DNA of 64,000 nucleotides from a bacterium (GTDB lineage Bacteria; RBG-13-61-14; DATKZS01): NCBI GenBank assembly GCA_963674965.2, contig CAXXFL010000003.1, positions 192,001 to 256,000 of the forward strand, read 5' to 3'. Shown piece by piece: positions 56,886 to 64,000 of this stretch (position 1 is its first letter; each line of letters starts with the position of its first letter). The notes under the pieces were generated by a model. It saw only the letters and a program-made list of their open reading frames with translations, ran no database searches and was not told where the DNA came from. The position numbers and the translations under genes were made by a program.

Positions 56886-57976
56886 GCTCGAATACTAAAA
56901 TCTCCTGTCTTGATTTCTTCGCCGGGAGCGGCCTCGTCACCAGGGGACTGAAAGACCACTTCGAGGCGGTCTGGGCCAACGACGTTTGCGAAAGAAAGGC
57001 CCGGATATATCTTGCCAACCACCCGGGGGCGAATTTCCATCTCGGCCCGATCGAGCAAGTCAGCGGAGGCGACCTTCCCCCCGCGCTTCTTTCATGGGGA
57101 AGCTTTCCTTGTCAGGACCTTTCCCTGGCCGGCAGGACCGGGGGCCTGTCCGGAAAACGGAGCGGCCTCGCCTGGCAATGGCTCCGGGTCATGGACGAGA
57201 TGCCCCAAAGGCCCCCCCTGGTGGCGGCGGAAAACGTGGCCGGCCTGGCCTCGGCCTCGGGAGGAAAAAATTATCGGGCCCTGCACGACGCCCTGGTCGA
57301 GCGCGGTTTCAAGGTCGGAGCGTTCATGCTCGACGCGGCCAACTGGCTGCCCCAGTCAAGAAGAAGGGTCTTCGTGGTCGCCGTCCCCAATGAGATAGAC
57401 TCCTCCGAGTATGAATCGAACGCTCCCGGCTACGGCCATAACGGCGCCATACTCAAGGCGGCCGAGGGCCTCGGCCGCTGGGTCTTCTGGCGACTTCCGC
57501 CTCCCCGGGCGCGAAGGCCGAGCCTCGAGGACTTGATCGACTGGAACGCGCCCCGCCACGGCGAGGATAAAACGAGCGCGTTAATGGACATGATTCCTCC
57601 CCGCCACCGCGAAAAAATGATCGAGGCCATGGCAAGGGGGTATCGCGTCTTTCCCGGCTACAAGAGGACCAGAAAGGGCGGGCAGGTATTGGAGCTTCGC
57701 TTCGACGGGCTGGCGGGATGCCTTCGCACCCCCGAGGGAGGAAGCAGCCGGCAGTACCTGGTCATGGTGGAGGACGGCCGGTTCAGCACCCGCCTTATCA
57801 CCGTGGGTGAGGCGGCCCTGCTAATGGGAGCGGGCGCGAGTTATAAGATACCTGGCGGTTACAACGACGGTTACAGGGCCATGGGCGACGCGGTCGCCGT
57901 CCCCGTCACTCGTTACCTGGCCCGGGTCCTTCTTGCTCCCCTGGCGGGCGCTATATCGCGACAAAGGAAAAGTTAA
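56882..57976 (+). CDS. Orphan DNA (cytosine-5) methyltransferase
   Basis: FFAGSG, SFPCQDLS, ENV, PQSRRR and GDAV; no adjacent endonuclease. Confidence 0.93.
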   Translation: MSSNTKISCLDFFAGSGLVTRGLKDHFEAVWANDVCERKARIYLANHPGANFHLGPIEQVSGGDLPPALLSWGSFPCQDLSLAGRTGGLSGKRSGLAWQWLRVMDEMPQRPPLVAAENVAGLASASGGKNYRALHDALVERGFKVGAFMLDAANWLPQSRRRVFVVAVPNEIDSSEYESNAPGYGHNGAILKAAEGLGRWVFWRLPPPRARRPSLEDLIDWNAPRHGEDKTSALMDMIPPRHREKMIEAMARGYRVFPGYKRTRKGGQVLELRFDGLAGCLRTPEGGSSRQYLVMVEDGRFSTRLITVGEAALLMGAGASYKIPGGYNDGYRAMGDAVAVPVTRYLARVLLAPLAGAISRQRKS

Positions 57977-58011
57977 GGCGGCAAAACCCGAGGGCCTTGA
58001 CTGGATGGAGG

Positions 58012-59022
58012 CTAGGTCTTTCTTCTGTCGAAAAATACGCAGGACCCCGGATTGGCTTTGGCCACCTCCTTCAGCTCGGCGCAGACCGAGGCGACCTCGA
58101 GGAAGTGCTCGAATTTCCTCTCCTGAAGATGGACCCCGCACAGGCTGATGGTCATGATGGGAAACTCGCTCGTCCGCCCGCGCCTGTCCTTGGACACGAT
58201 CTTGCCCGCCTCCGCGTCCTTAGGGTCGTAAAAGCGGATTATGCCCGCGTCGAACCGGCCGATGACCTGGTCCGTTACCTCGCCGGCCAGGCTGGAGGGA
58301 ACGATCATGACGAAATCGTCGCCGCCCACGTGTCCGATGAAAGCCCCCTCCCCCGCCGCCGCGAGGGTCCCCTCCTTGATGGTCTCGGCCGTGAACTTGA
58401 TGGCGCCGTCGCCCCTGGCGAACCCGTACTTGTCGTTAAACGCCTTGAAGTTGTCAAGGTCCGCGTAGATGACGCAACTGGCCCGGCCGTCCTTTATCGC
58501 CATGGAGATGGACTCGGCGATCGAGTTGTTGCCGGGAAGTCCCGTCGAGGGATTGGCGTCAAAAGCGATGAGTTTCAGCCTTTCCAGTTCAAGAAGCGCG
58601 TGATGCAGACGAAGATGAGACGCGACCCGAGCCAATAGAACGGCCGCGTTGATGGGCTTGGCCACGTAGTCGGACGCCCCCGCCTCGAAGCCGCGGACCA
58701 CGTCCTTGGGGTCGTCCATCGAGGTTATGAAAATAACGGGAGTGTGTTTGAACGCCTCGTCGCTTTTCAAACGACGGCAGGTCTCGAAACCATCCAGCCG
58801 GGGCATCATGACGTCGAGGAGAATAAGGTCGGGCTTCCGCTCCCGGGCCTGATCGAGGGCCTCATAGCCGTCCTCCGCCACGATTACCCCGTGGCCGGCG
58901 CTGGTGAGGATGCTGGAAAGCAAAAAGGAAACGCGGCGGTCGTCGTCCACCACCAGGATGGTCGAGCTTTGAGCGTCAAGCTTGGAAAGAAACGTTTCCT
59001 TTACGTCCCGAGACAACGACAT
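58012..59022 (-). CDS. Response regulator receiver plus GGDEF-type domain
   Basis: ILVVDDD, LLDVMMP and KP; TGLPGN, DLDNFKAFNDKYG and HVGGDDF. Confidence 0.9.
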   Translation of the reverse strand: MSLSRDVKETFLSKLDAQSSTILVVDDDRRVSFLLSSILTSAGHGVIVAEDGYEALDQARERKPDLILLDVMMPRLDGFETCRRLKSDEAFKHTPVIFITSMDDPKDVVRGFEAGASDYVAKPINAAVLLARVASHLRLHHALLELERLKLIAFDANPSTGLPGNNSIAESISMAIKDGRASCVIYADLDNFKAFNDKYGFARGDGAIKFTAETIKEGTLAAAGEGAFIGHVGGDDFVMIVPSSLAGEVTDQVIGRFDAGIIRFYDPKDAEAGKIVSKDRRGRTSEFPIMTISLCGVHLQERKFEHFLEVASVCAELKEVAKANPGSCVFFDRRKT

Positions 59023-59224
59023 GAGATGGACCTCATTACCTCTTGATGTTATGCCGACCGTTCCATCCGGGAGATTTACGCCGGCCGAATTAAATGGCGA
59101 GCGGCGATTAACGACGCCGATGGGGCCAGGTTCCGCCTGGAGCCGTAGGATACGGCGTCATCGGCTCTACTTTAGCACATCCTGGCAAAAATGCCTTAAA
59201 AATCGCCAAAGCCTGGTATCCCTT

Positions 59225-61213
59225 TCAATTTTTTTCCCCGATTCCGCCGCCGGCGGTGATGGCCAGATATTTTATTTTGATATCGCCCGGCTTATTCATG
59301 GGATGGAAGGCCATGGCGCGGACTTTTTCGCTTTTCATGAATCTGGGAGTCGCGCCGAGAGGGACGGCGTATATATGGTATTGGCCGTCGGTTTGAATCT
59401 CGAAGAGTAAGCTGTTGTCCTCGTTGTAGGATGAAAGGCCGGTCCCCATCCAAAAGATTTGAGCGAAAAAAGGAGGTCCTCCATCCGCCGCCACCGCCAT
59501 CTCGATAACCAGGTCGTCAACCAGGAGAGGGTCCAGGTCCATACGTCCGCTTTGAAGCGCCGGATCGCCGCCAACGGCCTCGAGGGACCCGCCGCCGCGC
59601 TCGACGATCTGGTTTAGCGCTCTCATGGCTCGGAGACCCTTTTGATCGGCCAGTACGAGGGGAGGAAGGACCAGGCCGGCGGCGAGGGCTTTTTCCCTTC
59701 TGGAGACGGCACGGGCGTAGACGTCCTTTTCCGAGGACGCCATTTTCTTTTCCTTGTCCCAGGAAAGGACCAGGGACTTGCCGGCCACGACGGAGTAAAG
59801 GTCAGGCCGGCAGCATATGCCCAGTCCCGGACCTACTCTTCCGCAGTGGAAGGCCTTTATTTTTCCGTCATCTCCCCTCTTGGCCACCTCCAGGTTCAGC
59901 GCCGCCGTAAGCGCGACGTCGCGGTGGAAGAGCATGGCTTTTTCCGAGGCCAGGGGAAAATCGAACAGGTAGACCTCCTCGAGAGCTCCGGTCCGCGACT
60001 CTTGCACGGCCTCGATGACTTCCCGCGTCATTTTGTCCGCGTCCTCATAATCGCGGGTCAGGCCCAGTAGCCCGAAGCTATAAAAAATGAGCGCGGCCGC
60101 GAGAAAAACCAGGCTTGGCATTTTTCGCCAGCGGCGGGCCCCATCCCGGGGAACGAGTGAACCCAGGGCCAGGCAAAATCCGCCGGCGGGCAAATAAAGG
60201 AGGCGAGACCCGATCCACTCGCCGGCCGACCATTCGAACCCGAGCGCCGGTATCATAAACAAAAGCGCGAAGACGGACCCCAAGACCAGCCTCGTGGTCC
60301 TTTGGCTTAATATGGAAAAAACAACCATCGCCGCCGCCATGGCCAGGCAAAGAAGGGCCGCGTGGGTCGCGCTCAAGCCGGGTAATATCCCCGGACCCAT
60401 GAGTCTCGAGACCATGACGCCAAGGCCGCTTAGGGCCTCAATAACCGAGGGCGTCCGTCCGGCCGCGGGAAAAAAGCTTCCGTTGGCGAGGACGCGCAAA
60501 ACAAGGTAAGCCAAAGCCGCCGGCGCCATGGACGCGAACGCGATTATCACCTCGGGCAAGCGGCCTCTTGCCCCTTTTACGATCGATTCATCATGGGCGC
60601 CTTGCCCGGGTCTTATCGCCTGATAGGCCAGGGCCAGCGGCAAAACGGCGGCCCCCGTTTCCTTGGTCAGCATGGCGAGAAGCGCCATGAACGCTCCGGC
60701 CGCGGCCTTGAGGGATTTTCTCCGCTCGCCTCTTTCCGGGAGCAGCAGGAGGCAGGCAAGGACGAAGGTGAGGCAAAGCAGGTCGAATCGGCCCGATACC
60801 CATAAGACCGCTTCCACCTGGACCGGATGAACGAGGAATAAGAGCGAACATAATAGGGCGGCTATGGTTGGGGCTTTTAGCTTTTTAGCCAGAAGGAATA
60901 AAAGAAGGGCGTTAGCATAGTGCAGGCACAGACTGATCAGTCGCTCCAGAAAAACGTCCCCGCCGCCGGCCTGGCCCAGGGCCCAGGGTATGACCGCGGC
61001 GGGCCGGAAGAAGGCCCCGTCCATGAGCCGCGAAAACGCGAGCGACAACCCCCGGACGCCATGGTCGCGAAGCACTTCGCCGAAAACGAAGTCGTCGGCG
61101 AAAAGCCCCAGCCAGAGGGTCCTGGAGTGTATGAACAAAAAGACAAGCGCCATGAACATCGGCAATCTCAGACTCTCCGATGCTCGGCTTTTCGGTTTCA
61201 AGTCTTCGGTCAT
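59225..61213 (-). CDS. GT-C-like polytopic membrane protein
   Basis: FADDF, FFRP, HPVQVEAVLWVSGR, KE and RLLYLP motifs; soluble C-terminal domain. Confidence 0.75.
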   Translation of the reverse strand: MTEDLKPKSRASESLRLPMFMALVFLFIHSRTLWLGLFADDFVFGEVLRDHGVRGLSLAFSRLMDGAFFRPAAVIPWALGQAGGGDVFLERLISLCLHYANALLLFLLAKKLKAPTIAALLCSLLFLVHPVQVEAVLWVSGRFDLLCLTFVLACLLLLPERGERRKSLKAAAGAFMALLAMLTKETGAAVLPLALAYQAIRPGQGAHDESIVKGARGRLPEVIIAFASMAPAALAYLVLRVLANGSFFPAAGRTPSVIEALSGLGVMVSRLMGPGILPGLSATHAALLCLAMAAAMVVFSILSQRTTRLVLGSVFALLFMIPALGFEWSAGEWIGSRLLYLPAGGFCLALGSLVPRDGARRWRKMPSLVFLAAALIFYSFGLLGLTRDYEDADKMTREVIEAVQESRTGALEEVYLFDFPLASEKAMLFHRDVALTAALNLEVAKRGDDGKIKAFHCGRVGPGLGICCRPDLYSVVAGKSLVLSWDKEKKMASSEKDVYARAVSRREKALAAGLVLPPLVLADQKGLRAMRALNQIVERGGGSLEAVGGDPALQSGRMDLDPLLVDDLVIEMAVAADGGPPFFAQIFWMGTGLSSYNEDNSLLFEIQTDGQYHIYAVPLGATPRFMKSEKVRAMAFHPMNKPGDIKIKYLAITAGGGIGEKN

Positions 61214-61539
61214 GGCTGAGAAACGGATAATACAGGAAGGACATGAAGGTGGCAAGAAATTCCTGAGGAAATGAATATCGGATCACGCCGCCAAGGCCCC
61301 ATGGTCCTTCCGCGGCCCCGCCGTCCGTACTATCGACTTTAAGAGCGGGTTAATGTATGGTGTAGCGTGGGTTTGAAAAGCGGCCGGCAAGCCGGGCTGG
61401 GAAATCGGCGATCGCGGCTCGTTTGTTCCCGGGGGATTGGCGCGCGGCGTTTCACGCGTCCGAGAGGCAAAAACTTGGAAAGACCGGGCGGCTTTGATAT
61501 GTATTTTCCTGGACAATCAAGGAACGGGGAAGGAAACCA

Positions 61540-63165
61540 ATGACTATAAAAAAGACTTTGTTTTTTCTGGCGGCGGGCGCCTTTTTGGTCCTGGGATCGA
61601 GCGCCATGGCCGACGACGACTGCTCCGACCCGGTCGAGACGGGCCAGGGCGTTTTCGTGGGCTACGCCGACGAGCGATACGACGCCTGCGTCTACCGCGG
61701 CATACCCTACGCCAAGCCGCCGGTGGGCGATCTGCGCTTGAAGCGTCCCCAGCCGCCCGACCCTCACGCGGGCGCGCTCGAGGCCTTCGAGTTCGGTCCG
61801 GTCTGCGAGCAGGGCTCGGATCAATACTCCGAGGACTGCTTATACCTCAATATCTACCGGCCGAAAAAATCGGGGGTTTTCCCGGTCATGTTCTGGATTC
61901 ACGGCGGCGGTTTCATCAGCGGCTCCGGAAGTTTCGTCTTCTACGACGGGGCGCGGCTGGCCTCGCGCGACGACGTGGTCGTGGTCACCATCAATTACCG
62001 GCTCGGCCCTCTCGGTTTCCTCGCTCTTCCGGAACTCAAGGAGGAGGACCCCAAAGGCGGTACCGGCAACTACGGGACCCTCGACCAGGTCCGGGCCCTG
62101 GAATGGACCCGGGACAACGTCGCGGCCTTCGGCGGGGACCCCGGCAACGTTACCGCCTTCGGACAGTCGGCCGGCGGCATGAGCATCTGCACGCTGCTGG
62201 CCGCGCCCGAGGCCGAGGGGCTCTTCCACCGGGCCATGATAATGAGCGCGCCCTGCCGGCTTTTCACCGAGCTCGGGAAGGGATACGAAAAGACCCGCTC
62301 GGCTCTGAAAAAAATCGGCTGCGACGGCGAGGGCGACGTTCTCGAGTGCCTGCGCGCAAAGCCCGCCAAAGCCTTCAACCTCAAGGGCGGCAACGACATG
62401 TTCACGGGCGGCACCCCCTGGAGCCCGACCGTGGACGGGTCCTATTTAACCGACATGCCCCTAAATCTCATCGAACGCGGCGAATACCACAAAATGCCGA
62501 CCATCATCTCCACTACTCACGACGAGCTGCGCCTCTATACCATGTCCATACCCGGGCTCGGCGCCTGGCCGCGCTCGTCGGTCAACCTCCTGCTGAAAGG
62601 CCTGGTCGGGCCCAATTACAAGGAGATAAGGGCGCTCTACGATTACCGCGAGTTCAGACGGCCCATCGATCTCGCCCTGGCTTTCGGAAACCAGATGACC
62701 TTTGACGCGCCGCTGTACATGATGGCCGAGGCCATGTCCGGGCAAAACCCGGTCTACGTTTATCGCTTCGACTGGCACGAGACGCGCTACCCCCACAAAA
62801 TGGGAGCTTTCCACGCGATCGACGTGCCCTTCGTCTTCGGCGCGTTTACCATGGACTTCGAAATCGCGCGGATGGTGGCGAGCAAAAAAATCTTCGAGGA
62901 AAACGAATACCTTTCCCTCCACGTCATGGATTACGTCACCAGCTTCGCCAGGAACGGCGTTCCCGCCGCCGACGGCGCGCCCGAGTGGCCGGCGTACGCG
63001 ACCGAGTCCAAGTACCGGCTTTACATCGATAAGGAAATCACGGCGCTACCGCTGACGGAAAAGGAGGTCGAGCGTTACGAGTGGTACGCGGACCGGACCA
63101 TGGGGGATATCATGGAGGGGCCGATCAGTAGATTCACCTTTACCAACGAGGACAGGAACGAATAG
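61540..63165 (+). CDS. Type B carboxylesterase
   Basis: GIPYAKPPVG, SEDCLYLNI, WIHGGGF, NYRLG and FGQSAGG. Confidence 0.95.
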   Translation: MTIKKTLFFLAAGAFLVLGSSAMADDDCSDPVETGQGVFVGYADERYDACVYRGIPYAKPPVGDLRLKRPQPPDPHAGALEAFEFGPVCEQGSDQYSEDCLYLNIYRPKKSGVFPVMFWIHGGGFISGSGSFVFYDGARLASRDDVVVVTINYRLGPLGFLALPELKEEDPKGGTGNYGTLDQVRALEWTRDNVAAFGGDPGNVTAFGQSAGGMSICTLLAAPEAEGLFHRAMIMSAPCRLFTELGKGYEKTRSALKKIGCDGEGDVLECLRAKPAKAFNLKGGNDMFTGGTPWSPTVDGSYLTDMPLNLIERGEYHKMPTIISTTHDELRLYTMSIPGLGAWPRSSVNLLLKGLVGPNYKEIRALYDYREFRRPIDLALAFGNQMTFDAPLYMMAEAMSGQNPVYVYRFDWHETRYPHKMGAFHAIDVPFVFGAFTMDFEIARMVASKKIFEENEYLSLHVMDYVTSFARNGVPAADGAPEWPAYATESKYRLYIDKEITALPLTEKEVERYEWYADRTMGDIMEGPISRFTFTNEDRNE

Positions 63166-63362
63166 GACTGCCGCTGGAAGGGTAAACCAAAATCAATTTT
63201 ATTTCGACGGGGCTCATTTTTCATTCGCCTCGAAACTCTCGCGGTCTTTTAATCCATCAAGGAGCGGCAAACCTGGCCACGAAAAGACGCGGCCTATTGA
63301 GAATCGGTCGATTACTCGATCTCGATTTTCCCGCTCGGGCCGCCGGCGCCGGCCTTAATCGT

Positions 63363-63653
63363 TTATTTTTTCTTTTGCAGGTTGCTTTGCAGCCGCGCCT
63401 GGGCCTCTTGTAGAGAGCCTTGCAGGGCCTGGACCAGGGCGTAGGCGTTTCCCACCGAGAGGACTATACGGTTCGACAGGGTCGCGTGTCCCGGCATGGA
63501 CCGGTGAATATTGCCGAACTCGATCACCACCTCGCCGACCCCGACGAAGACGTTAAAGACGTCGCGGTACGAGTAATCCAGGTCGGGCGACACGTGGAAC
63601 TGGACGTCCTTGGTTTCTTCATGCCCGCCCGTCTTATTTTCGTCAGCCATCAT
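63363..63653 (-). CDS. Small DUF3467-like protein
   Basis: Y..VFNV...EVVIEFG...RIVLS...LVQAL pattern; GGAG RBS. Confidence 0.6.
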   Translation of the reverse strand: MMADENKTGGHEETKDVQFHVSPDLDYSYRDVFNVFVGVGEVVIEFGNIHRSMPGHATLSNRIVLSVGNAYALVQALQGSLQEAQARLQSNLQKKK

Positions 63654-63717
63654 TATTCTCCTCCGTCGGCCGCGAGGAGTATCGCGGCGAAAAACCCGTC
63701 CCGGTTTCGCGAGGGGT

Positions 63718-64000
63718 TCAGGACATTATCATTACCTTGGTCTGGGAGGGAGCGAGGGTCATCCCCCCCGGCACGTTGGTGGAATTTTGCAGGGCCGTAT
63801 CGAGCATCCTGGTCGCGGGCATTCCTCCCGTGAAGACCTTGACGCTGCACTTGGTGTTCCTGGCCGGTCCCATCACCGTTCCCGAGGCCACGCCCGTGGC
63901 GACCCCGGCGTTGTCCCCGTTGGTCATGGGTATGGTGGTCCCGATATTGTGGGAGGGCATCATCATGATCAGGTGTTTCATGGACGCGGTCGGTGGAATG
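63718..64000 (-). CDS. DUF4150/PAAR-like protein, 5' end outside the window
   Basis: TNGDNAGVATGVASGTVMGP...SVKVFTGGMPATRMLD...QN..N..G....PSQTKV. Confidence 0.85.
   Translation of the reverse strand, partial: IPPTASMKHLIMMMPSHNIGTTIPMTNGDNAGVATGVASGTVMGPARNTKCSVKVFTGGMPATRMLDTALQNSTNVPGGMTLAPSQTKVMIMS

Noticed and set aside
1-64000. CRISPR array, rRNA, intact transposase or integrase, prophage
   Set aside because: No regularly spaced repeats or corresponding genes were seen.

Overview
GC-rich chromosomal window from a diderm bacterium with a Deltaproteobacteria-like gene repertoire; the taxonomy is an inference. It holds housekeeping genes (cysteine synthase, pyrD/pyrK, rimI, rlmH, rlmE, pfkA, split purH, tRNA-Glu), a lexA-imuB-dnaE2 mutagenesis cassette, an ECF sigma/Spy cluster, a heme-sensor kinase with a sigma54 activator, and many exported hydrolases and lipoproteins. 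The most interesting signals are missing from the ORF track. (1) An unannotated 39-aa peptide gene (783-902, minus) has a lasso/RRE-type leader (YxxP...T-2) but a core with no Asp/Glu or Cys. It sits behind a PqqD/RRE gene and a 616-aa Cys-rich lipoprotein, under a candidate sigma54/IHF promoter and closed by a terminator, so it is a candidate undescribed RiPP-like system. (2) A decayed island at tRNA-Glu carries a 5'-truncated Rhs gene with a CFI-box-like sorting domain and two TM helices directly before the Rhs core, an 11-Cys C-terminal tip and a putative immunity gene. (3) Four copies of a 168-186 bp MITE enclose a REP-like doublet, three of them with 4-bp target duplications. (4) A selenocysteine peroxiredoxin has an in-frame UGA, a SECIS hairpin and two strong translation starts. 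(5) A CIRCE box lies before an FmdB zinc-ribbon gene, lexA appears leaderless, and CTCGAG looks over-represented. All calls come from manual reading and motif recognition; no searches were run.
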